Source: Patescibacteria group bacterium
Lineage (GTDB): Bacteria; Patescibacteriota; Patescibacteriia; UBA1558; GWA2-36-10
Reading direction: 5' to 3'
NCBI GenBank assembly: GCA_018819405.1
Contig: JAHJQF010000001.1
Span: forward strand, 907,377 to 971,376
DNA length: 64,000 nt
Of this stretch, positions 56,904 to 64,000 are shown one piece after another; the stretch's first letter is position 1, and each line of letters opens with the position of its first letter. The notes under the pieces are model-generated. The model had not been told where the DNA came from and made no database searches. It saw only the letters and a list, made by a program, of their open reading frames with translations. The translations under genes and the position numbers were made by a program.

Positions 56904-58394
56904 TCAATAAGACAAAATACTCGGCTCTAAAGGCAAATATGGAAGCATATAAGAATTGAAAAATATATCACCTGATGACCATATAATATTACCATTTCTA
57001 TCTTCAGAAATTGGCTGATCGTCAGTCAATAATCTAGCACTCAACTTGGCTGAACTATCTAGATTATCTACTTTGACAAGCAATGAAATTTCATTTCCTT
57101 TGTCTGATATTTTTATTGGGTTTTGTATGTCTGACTTTATTATTATTTTGTTATTTTCTATTACTATATCAGCTATATATGGTTCATCATCAATTAAAAC
57201 ATCTACCCGACTAATATCCAAACCATATTTATCTACAGCAAAAGTTAATTTATTTAACTCCAAACTATCAACACCTCTAGCTGTTAATTTCATTCTATAA
57301 AGCTCGTTCCAACCTTGGGAAAGTCTTTTATTTTGATCTGGTGAATTGATTTGTAAAAAGTAGTCCCGACTATCAACTGTGCTTAAATACAAATCTTTAT
57401 GGAGACTCAAATCCTGACCAGAGACTGAGCCAGTAGCGCTGACATTTTTTAGATAAAATTTGTATTGACCAGTCGGTAGAGCCAAAGTGTGCAAATCAAA
57501 ATACTCCAAACCATTGTTTTGTATAAAAATCGGTTTGTTTAAATAAAAGATTATATCTGATGATTGATCATCGAGACTAGCTTGGGATAGAAGCTGACCA
57601 TCTTTTAGTAAAACAAAGTCAGCTTTATCTATAGTCCGAGTATCTCCAAGGGCTTCATAAGCTACTATTACTTTATAAACATCAAAAGTTTCACTATCAG
57701 TAGTCAATGAAAATCTAGATAACTGCTGGGGTATATTAGTATTTATCAAAAAATTGTTGTCAATATATTGATTACTAGCCAGTATCTGGCCTTTTTCTAC
57801 AAAAGATATCAAACCACTCTGAACAGGGAATTGTCCGTCAGGAGTAAATAAATGCTCCTGATAACTCAAGAAAACATCCCAATCATTTTCAATACTTAAT
57901 TGCAAAACATCGCCAGTATTTACTACATTATTATTTGGTAATAAAAATCTAAACAAATTTTGACCTTTTTTAAGAGGATAATCTTCAAGGTCAAAATATA
58001 TATGTCCACTCTGATCAATTTCCTTTACTTCACCCAATTGCATACCATCATGGAAAATTTTAAGATCGTCTATAAGGCTAAGGTCATACAAACCATCAAC
58101 TCTTACTTCTAATTTTTGCAAAGAAATATTATCTTTTTCTGTTTCAATAATAAAATCAAAAACCGAAAAATTGTTGGCCTGATAAACTATTTTTTTGTCT
58201 GCTGTGTTAGCTAAAACTTTGGCTGAGAGTCTAGCCGAGTCTACACCATAAGCACCGGAGACCGGACCTTCTTTGAGGCTGAGGGAAAAAACAAAAACAA
58301 AAATAGCCATCAATAATAAAGATAAATACACTTTAAAATTTGTGACTTTTTTTTGTCTGTATGTTTCTGGTGTGGGTCCTAGATGCTCAAACAT
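56904..58394 (-). CDS. hypothetical membrane-anchored exported protein
   Basis: 496 aa, N-terminal TM. Confidence 0.4.
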   Translation of the reverse strand: MFEHLGPTPETYRQKKVTNFKVYLSLLLMAIFVFVFSLSLKEGPVSGAYGVDSARLSAKVLANTADKKIVYQANNFSVFDFIIETEKDNISLQKLEVRVDGLYDLSLIDDLKIFHDGMQLGEVKEIDQSGHIYFDLEDYPLKKGQNLFRFLLPNNNVVNTGDVLQLSIENDWDVFLSYQEHLFTPDGQFPVQSGLISFVEKGQILASNQYIDNNFLINTNIPQQLSRFSLTTDSETFDVYKVIVAYEALGDTRTIDKADFVLLKDGQLLSQASLDDQSSDIIFYLNKPIFIQNNGLEYFDLHTLALPTGQYKFYLKNVSATGSVSGQDLSLHKDLYLSTVDSRDYFLQINSPDQNKRLSQGWNELYRMKLTARGVDSLELNKLTFAVDKYGLDISRVDVLIDDEPYIADIVIENNKIIIKSDIQNPIKISDKGNEISLLVKVDNLDSSAKLSARLLTDDQPISEDRNGNIIWSSGDIFFNSYMLPYLPLEPSILSY

Positions 58395-58431
58395 ATATCA
58401 TATTATAGCACAAAATATACACAAAAACTAC

Positions 58432-59517
58432 TTATATTTTGACGTCTGATTCCAACTTGGCTTTTATAAAAGGCATCAAATCACCATCTAATACCTTATC
58501 TGGATCAGTGGATTCAAAACCAGTTCGATGATCTTTTACCATTTTATAAGGATGTAAAACATAAGAACGAATCTGATTACCCCAAGCAGCTTCTGTATAT
58601 TCACCTTTTAGAGATTTTTTTTCTTCATCTTTTTCGGCTTCAAAATATTTTTGCAGCTTGCTCCTGAGGTGGCTCATTGCCTGTTTTTTATTTTGCATCT
58701 GTGAGCGCTCATTTTGACATGAAACCACAATACCAGTCGGTAAATGAGTGATACGAACAGCACTGTCACTTTTATTGACTGACTGGCCACCATGCCCTGA
58801 AGCTCTAAAAGTGTCTATCTTTAGATCATCTTCATTAATAATAAAATCAACTTCTGATAACTCAGGTAATACTTCCACCATAGCAAAGGAAGTGTGACGA
58901 GCATGATCAGCATCATAAGGCGAAAGTCTAACTAATCTATGCACACCAGCCTCATTTTTTATATACCCATAGGTCTGTGGACCATCTATTTTAAAAGTAA
59001 CACTTTTTACACCAGCCTCGGCACCAGCCGAACGGAATAAAATATTTGTTTTCCAATCTTTTTGCTCGGCTAATCTAAAATACATACGCTCCAGCATAGC
59101 TGCCCAATCTTGAGCGTCCACTCCCCCGGCTCCAGCGTTGATAGTCAATATCGCTGGAAAATTATCATACTTTCCTGACAAATAAAGCTCGTCTGACAGA
59201 TCTATATATTTTTTTTCTAGGTCATCAAAACCAGAACTTATGTCTTTGATCAAACTAGCCGCATCTTTATCCTTTACTAAAGACATCAGACTATCCACAG
59301 CTTGGGACAACTCCTGCCAATCGTGTATAGAATTTTCCAAAAAACTAGCTTTAGTACTAATATTCCTAGCCCTGTCTTGATCAGACCAAAAATCAGGAGC
59401 TGACATATAAATTTTTAATTCTTCCAAATCTTTTTTCTTCTTGTCTAAAGACAGGATAGACAAGGCCTTATCTATCTTTATTTTAAGTTCTTCTATTTTT
59501 TGACGGAGTTCTTCCAC
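58432..59517 (-). CDS. prfB: peptide chain release factor 2, uninterrupted (no programmed frameshift)
   Basis: GGQ motif. SPY (SPF-type) tripeptide. 361 aa in one frame. Confidence 0.85.
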   Translation of the reverse strand: MEELRQKIEELKIKIDKALSILSLDKKKKDLEELKIYMSAPDFWSDQDRARNISTKASFLENSIHDWQELSQAVDSLMSLVKDKDAASLIKDISSGFDDLEKKYIDLSDELYLSGKYDNFPAILTINAGAGGVDAQDWAAMLERMYFRLAEQKDWKTNILFRSAGAEAGVKSVTFKIDGPQTYGYIKNEAGVHRLVRLSPYDADHARHTSFAMVEVLPELSEVDFIINEDDLKIDTFRASGHGGQSVNKSDSAVRITHLPTGIVVSCQNERSQMQNKKQAMSHLRSKLQKYFEAEKDEEKKSLKGEYTEAAWGNQIRSYVLHPYKMVKDHRTGFESTDPDKVLDGDLMPFIKAKLESDVKI

Positions 59518-59521
59518 AATA

Positions 59522-59866
59522 TTATTGACACAGCTGGTTGATTAGCGCATCTCTAGCTTCGGGGTCACAAAACACTTCAATTGCAAAATCATTCTGACTA
59601 GCATTGGAGTTATTTATAGGTACTATTCCCGCTGCCCTTTCTTTAAAGGGATCCAATAGAGGATCAAAAATTTTAATATAGTCTTTTAAGACTGGGGTAA
59701 AATAAATTATACCCGCAATAATCGGACCCCAGATTACCAAAAATTTTAAAAATCCAAAAATAGTATTCCAGATAAATTTTTTCTCAATTCTGTGCAATCT
59801 CTGATCAAGCCTTGCTAAGGTTTCTTTATTTTCTATTATTGCTTTTTTAAGCTCTTCATCAATCAT
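59522..59866 (-). CDS. hypothetical membrane protein
   Basis: 114 aa, one TM. Confidence 0.35.
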   Translation of the reverse strand: MIDEELKKAIIENKETLARLDQRLHRIEKKFIWNTIFGFLKFLVIWGPIIAGIIYFTPVLKDYIKIFDPLLDPFKERAAGIVPINNSNASQNDFAIEVFCDPEARDALINQLCQ

Positions 59867-59949
59867 ATGATGTCAAAATTAATATTTAAATTCTCTTAAA
59901 TTATAACAAAAAAACAGCAATTAGTTAACTGCCGTCTTTTTGGGGATTT

Positions 59950-60510
59950 TTACCAAAGTTTATACCATTTTTTATGTTTTTTTAACAAATTGGAGGATAA
60001 AAAATGTTTTTTCCTTTTAAAATGTCTGATGATTATAAATAACAAATTATATATTCCCAGTAAAAGTAAAATACCAAAAAATACTCCTACAAAAACTGCT
60101 TCCTTGGTCCAATAAAAAAATGACTTTGTAACATAGACAGTGGTTGGAATCTTGAGTCCGGAAAAAGCATTGAAACTTTTTTTATCCAAAGCCTTAGTAA
60201 GAACAGAGATATTGGTATATTTTAGACCTTCGGGACTATTTTTGAAATCTACAGACAAAGCAACACGACTAATCTCTTCTGGGTAAAGTTCCATTTCTTG
60301 TACATTAAACACAAAATTATCCTTATAATCATCAGTATAAATATAAACTACTATGGGTTCTTCTGATATATTTTGGATATCAATATAGCTATCACCCACC
60401 GAAGGATAAAACATTTCCAGAGACGAAGGACTAACTGAAATTCCGACTGCCTGACAAGAAAAAGGAAAAATTAAAAATATAAACAAAAAATATTCTATAA
60501 AATTTGTCAT
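59950..60510 (-). CDS. hypothetical exported protein with C-terminal TM and basic tail
   Basis: Signal peptide. C-terminal TM plus KRKKH. Confidence 0.35.
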   Translation of the reverse strand: MTNFIEYFLFIFLIFPFSCQAVGISVSPSSLEMFYPSVGDSYIDIQNISEEPIVVYIYTDDYKDNFVFNVQEMELYPEEISRVALSVDFKNSPEGLKYTNISVLTKALDKKSFNAFSGLKIPTTVYVTKSFFYWTKEAVFVGVFFGILLLLGIYNLLFIIIRHFKRKKHFLSSNLLKKHKKWYKLW

Positions 60511-60512
60511 AA

Positions 60513-62291
60513 CTATTGGTTAACCGCCCAAAATATCAACTGGCCGTTTTTTTGACCACTAGCTGTGTAGCTACTAGGCACACTCAAACCAACGTTGACA
60601 GGTTGATTTTGAGAAACAGGCAAATTGAGATTATATTCTGTCCAAGTAAAATGATTCAAACTAGTATAATCAGTAAAAATATCCTGACCTATCACACTGG
60701 CTTCAATATATATATCGACATTGCCGGTATTGGACAATGTAAGAATTGTCTCAGACGACTGTCCAGGGTATAAGTCTCCAAAATTTATGTTGGACTGATC
60801 CAGAGAAAAAGCAATAGTGTCATCGTTGTCATTATCCTCTCCTCCGTCTGTCTGGACATTGACACTCAAATCCACTGTCTCTGATATGCCACTGCCAACT
60901 GTCAGATATAACTTGTTGCTCCTTATCCTCTCTATATCATCATCAGACCAGATGGAATAAACACCACCTATTGGCATAGTAACAATTAATTGTCCGGCAC
61001 TATCTGCTTGAAATTGATCCTGACCAATATAAACAGGTGCTTGCGACCAAGGCTGCCAGTTTTGTCCATCATAGTAAGAGGCTTCAATAGTAGCCTGACC
61101 TCCCAATTCTATACGATTACTACTGATTTCTATCTTAGAAGCATAAAGTGGCCAAGCACCATAGCCCCATAAAACTCTTTCATTGCCTGTCAGCTGATAA
61201 TCTGCCACAGCCACGGCTCCACCCAAATCATTGACAAAATATTGCCAGCCATCCATACTTTGAGCTGCCACGCCATCTATAGATGAAACATAAACTCCAT
61301 AAGCACTATTTTCTGTAGTATATTCAAAGTTACAAACACTAGAGGCTGCTTCCAAAAGCTCCAAAACATTTTCAGCTTCCAAATTACTGGCTAGACAAAT
61401 TGTTTGACTAGGCCCTTCTATACGTATATCATGGCCACTTAGTGGTAATTCTTCTTCAGTTATTTCAATATAATTTATTGGGTAGGAGCTATTTGTTAAG
61501 GCCACCAAAGCATAGGCGGTGACCATGGCCGAACCTTGTTCATCGCTAGACATCCATAAAAATGAACCATTGTCTTGTCTTAAGCTTTCCAAAAAAATAA
61601 CTGGATTATTTTCACCCTTTTGCCAAGTATTAGCATCTTCACCCGCCTTATTTAAAGCGCTGATGAGCCAAGCAGTTGATGCCCCGTCTGATTGACTACC
61701 AGCATCATATCCAATACCGCCATCCTCATTCTGCAAACTCCTCAAATAAGCCAAGGCACTCTGTATTTCAGCGCTAGAAGAATTTAAGCCAGTATCCAAA
61801 AGAGCCATCACAGCTGCAGCCGTATCGTTACTATCTGAAGCACCTGTAGTGGCCCAAGACCAACCCCCATCGTTGTTTTGATGACTCAAAATAAAACTTT
61901 TTATTGTTTCTATATTACTTGAATGCCCAACAGAACTCAGAGCCATCAATCCCCAAAAATCATCATTTAAAAGATCTATTGATCCAATTTGTCCGTTGTT
62001 TATATTGGCTTCCAAGGTACTTAATAATGTATTTAGGCTATCTGTCTCCTGACTGCCAACTGCTGCCAAAACTAAAATATTTTTGACTACTGTCATCAAA
62101 TCCTGATTCTCAACCTCTATATAACTAATATCTGGATCAACTACCTGAGCCGCTATCAAAGCTTGAGTAATCCAAGCATTTTGATTTTGACCCTGCAAAT
62201 AAACAACGCTATCATCATATTGGGCAAAAATTAGGTTAGGACTAAATGCCAATAAACAGACTAGAATTAAAAATAAAATTTTATTTTTCAT
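60513..62291 (-). CDS. secreted protein with prenyltransferase/squalene-oxidase-like (alpha/alpha toroid) DGGW repeats
   Basis: Signal peptide. Repeated NDGGWSW / EDGGIGY motifs. Confidence 0.45.
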   Translation of the reverse strand: MKNKILFLILVCLLAFSPNLIFAQYDDSVVYLQGQNQNAWITQALIAAQVVDPDISYIEVENQDLMTVVKNILVLAAVGSQETDSLNTLLSTLEANINNGQIGSIDLLNDDFWGLMALSSVGHSSNIETIKSFILSHQNNDGGWSWATTGASDSNDTAAAVMALLDTGLNSSSAEIQSALAYLRSLQNEDGGIGYDAGSQSDGASTAWLISALNKAGEDANTWQKGENNPVIFLESLRQDNGSFLWMSSDEQGSAMVTAYALVALTNSSYPINYIEITEEELPLSGHDIRIEGPSQTICLASNLEAENVLELLEAASSVCNFEYTTENSAYGVYVSSIDGVAAQSMDGWQYFVNDLGGAVAVADYQLTGNERVLWGYGAWPLYASKIEISSNRIELGGQATIEASYYDGQNWQPWSQAPVYIGQDQFQADSAGQLIVTMPIGGVYSIWSDDDIERIRSNKLYLTVGSGISETVDLSVNVQTDGGEDNDNDDTIAFSLDQSNINFGDLYPGQSSETILTLSNTGNVDIYIEASVIGQDIFTDYTSLNHFTWTEYNLNLPVSQNQPVNVGLSVPSSYTASGQKNGQLIFWAVNQ

Positions 62292-62363
62292 AATTATTTT
62301 ATAAATTATTAATCAAATTTTTCAATGTGGGTAATTTTTTAACTACCCACATTGAGAACCAGA

Positions 62364-62810
62364 CTATCGTTCCTGTTTCGTGATATGAGGACGTGTTCTG
62401 ATATCAAGACACGGTGGCGGGCTGTATCTCCAAACTGTCTGGCCGAAACGGGTAATTCTCATTCGTTGTAAGCAGGAATTAAAAGGCACAACATTTATGG
62501 CTGTCGGTATATATTGTCCGTCAACATACACCTCATAACCATAAAGACCATGCCCCTCAAAATTCGTGATAAACAGTAGCCCACTGAAATCACCCTGGGG
62601 AAAACTCCAATCAGTGTTATGGTCAAACACTAGATCCAAAGATTCGGATTGCATAAAAGCCGCTATACTGCCAGCCATTATAAAATCCTGAATCTGTGCT
62701 TTGGTTTCAGAGGTGTCTGATGCCTCCGGTTCTAAAATTCTACGACCGCAACCGACTAAAGGCGCCGAAAAAAACAACGCCACAAGAGTCAGAAACTTTC
62801 GCCTGTACAT
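62364..62810 (-). CDS. lipoprotein (lipobox LVGC), start at MYRRKF with SD AAGGAGG
   Basis: SD 8 nt upstream. Moderately GC-rich. Long structured 5' leader. Confidence 0.5.
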   Translation of the reverse strand: MYRRKFLTLVALFFSAPLVGCGRRILEPEASDTSETKAQIQDFIMAGSIAAFMQSESLDLVFDHNTDWSFPQGDFSGLLFITNFEGHGLYGYEVYVDGQYIPTAINVVPFNSCLQRMRITRFGQTVWRYSPPPCLDIRTRPHITKQER

Positions 62811-63096
62811 GCCATCTACCTCCTTGAAAAGAACAAACTTTGAAACTATCAAAAAAACTCTCACTAAGGAGAGTGGTGACAAAATTATTAAGCTTTAATA
62901 AATTCATCCTTTTGCTCCTTAGGCAAAGAATAAAACTCAGGTGTCGGACTTGTTCTCCCTACATTGGAGACTTACCGTAGCTAGGACTGCGGAGGATTTG
63001 CACCTCACTTCCCTGATTGAATTGTCAAAGTGAATTTATCTTAACACAGAGTAAAACGATTGACAACTGTCTGTGACCTTATACATTGTTGATAAG

Positions 63097-63348
63097 TTAT
63101 TGGCTAAATTCATCATTACAACTAGCCTGACAGCTTGATTGATCCTCTTGTTCGGACATAATACAAAGTCTAAGACAATTTTCTAAACCAAATTTTCTAG
63201 TAGTCTCGTTAACATAATTTATATTGTCTGCAGGTGTTTCTACATTTTCGGGTATTAAAATAGGGTCATTCCACCAGCCTTTGGATATATATTGATAAAA
63301 TAAAAAGGCTATAATAGCCAATAATATAATCAAAATAGAAATTCTCAT
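63097..63348 (-). CDS. hypothetical small membrane protein with Cys-rich C-terminus
   Basis: 83 aa. Confidence 0.35.
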   Translation of the reverse strand: MRISILIILLAIIAFLFYQYISKGWWNDPILIPENVETPADNINYVNETTRKFGLENCLRLCIMSEQEDQSSCQASCNDEFSQ

Positions 63349-63350
63349 AA

Positions 63351-63815
63351 TTATTTCTTACCCTTCTTTTTTAAGAGCTCGTTTAACTCCTTTTGAAAAG
63401 TCTTGGCATCTTTAAATGACCTATAAACTGAAGCATACCTGATATAAGCCACCTGATCAAAACTTTTTAACCTTTTCATTACTATTTCTCCTATTTGCTT
63501 GGAGGTTATCTCTCCGTGGGCTTTCTTTTGTATGTCCCTTTCTATTTCGTTTATTAATTTATGAAAATCTTCTTCTAAATATTGTCTTTTCTCCAGTGAT
63601 GTTCTCATGCCCCGAATCAACTTGTCTCTACTATAATTTTCACGATGACCATCACGCTTTATTACTGCCAAATCAAGAATTTCCATGTCTTCCATGGTAG
63701 AAAATCTAAACTGACATTTCTGGCAAGCCCGACGGCGACGAATACTAAAACCCCCGCCACCTAAACGGGAGTCTACTACTTTGGTATCTTTTGCATTACA
63801 AACAGGACAATTCAT
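63351..63815 (-). CDS. nrdR: transcriptional repressor NrdR
   Basis: CPVC..CQKC zinc ribbon plus ATP-cone. Confidence 0.85.
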   Translation of the reverse strand: MNCPVCNAKDTKVVDSRLGGGGFSIRRRRACQKCQFRFSTMEDMEILDLAVIKRDGHRENYSRDKLIRGMRTSLEKRQYLEEDFHKLINEIERDIQKKAHGEITSKQIGEIVMKRLKSFDQVAYIRYASVYRSFKDAKTFQKELNELLKKKGKK

Positions 63816-63835
63816 CCAATTAGAAATTCATAGGC

Positions 63836-64000
63836 CTATCGGCCCTTTAATTTTTTTCTTAAAAATGCCGGAATATCAAGCTCCTCTTCTTCTTTAGATT
63901 TTGGCACATCAATGATTTCTTCTTCAGTCTCTTGCTTTGGTTTTTCAAAAGCTCTTTTAACTTTCCTTTCTTCTTCTTTTTTGGCAAAAGCCTCTGGATA
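63836..64000 (-). CDS. ftsZ: cell division protein FtsZ, C-terminal end (partial, continues beyond window)
   Basis: Reverse translation ends ...EEELDIPAFLRKKLKGR*, the conserved FtsZ C-terminal peptide. Confidence 0.6.
   Translation of the reverse strand, partial: YPEAFAKKEEERKVKRAFEKPKQETEEEIIDVPKSKEEEELDIPAFLRKKLKGR

Noticed and set aside
1-64000. Search for tRNA, rRNA, tmRNA, RNase P, SRP RNA and CRISPR arrays
   Set aside because: No GGTTCGAATCC-type T-loops, acceptor CCA ends, rRNA-like conserved blocks or regularly spaced direct repeats were recognised by eye. The GC-rich segments did not match the RNase P P4 or tmRNA tag-frame signatures I know. A real covariance-model scan is still needed.

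Overview
This 64-kb window comes from a low-GC (about 30%), gene-dense bacterium. Almost all genes are on the minus strand. Gene content points to a Candidate Phyla Radiation (Patescibacteria)-like lineage, which is an inference from these points:
- No L30 gene lies between S5 and L15.
- Ribosomal proteins S5, L3, L22 and L23 carry long K/E-rich extensions.
- Three large Wzy/O-antigen-ligase-like membrane proteins have C-terminal TPR repeats.
- RF2 is present, so the genetic code is standard.

Layout:
- 1-6.5 kb: a glycosyltransferase cluster (one GT2, several GT4) interrupted by a small GIY-YIG nuclease gene that abuts an 89-bp perfect-TIR palindromic element.
- 6.6-14.5 kb: a FEKIDQR-repeat protein and three paralogous Wzy-like/TPR membrane proteins.
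- 14.6-18.2 kb: a 1203-aa T/S/G-rich surface protein. Its 400-bp upstream region is palindrome-rich.
- 18.6-20.8 kb: an ECF sigma factor and a membrane-anchored putative anti-sigma factor, separated by a tandem 95-bp structured repeat related to the GIY-YIG tail element.
- 20.8-21.2 kb: an AT-rich intergenic region with two perfect DnaA boxes and an 18-bp palindrome.
- 22.4-27 kb: a predicted dead HtrA-like PDZ protein, a MraY/WecA-family transferase and ruvX.
- 27-40 kb: map, adk, secY and the spc/S10 ribosomal operons.
- 40-47.5 kb: tuf, then a 3-kb accessory insertion before fusA-rpsG-rpsL.

From about 41.4 to 54.2 kb the native AT-rich genes are interleaved with GC-rich cassettes (50-65% GC). 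The native genes here are tuf, fusA, rpsG, rpsL, an M50 protease, rpmB, ndk and a response regulator. Each cassette has its own near-consensus sigma70-type promoter, a strong SD and a GC hairpin terminator. The cassettes are:
- a roughly 520-nt highly structured transcript with an embedded 48-aa hydrophobic ORF;
- two small ORFs and a cytidine deaminase;
- two lipoprotein genes;
- a paralogous family of short-ORF transcription units (N-terminal motif M-x-I-R-x-R-G-R-P) present in three copies.

Other features: a second GIY-YIG element splits comEC into two ORFs. The window ends with prfB, a secreted alpha/alpha-repeat protein, nrdR and the 3' end of ftsZ. A palindromic CCCGTTAGAAAT motif family recurs at at least 14 intergenic sites. 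No rRNA, tRNA or CRISPR was recognised by eye. Coordinates of non-CDS motifs are approximate (plus or minus a few nt).
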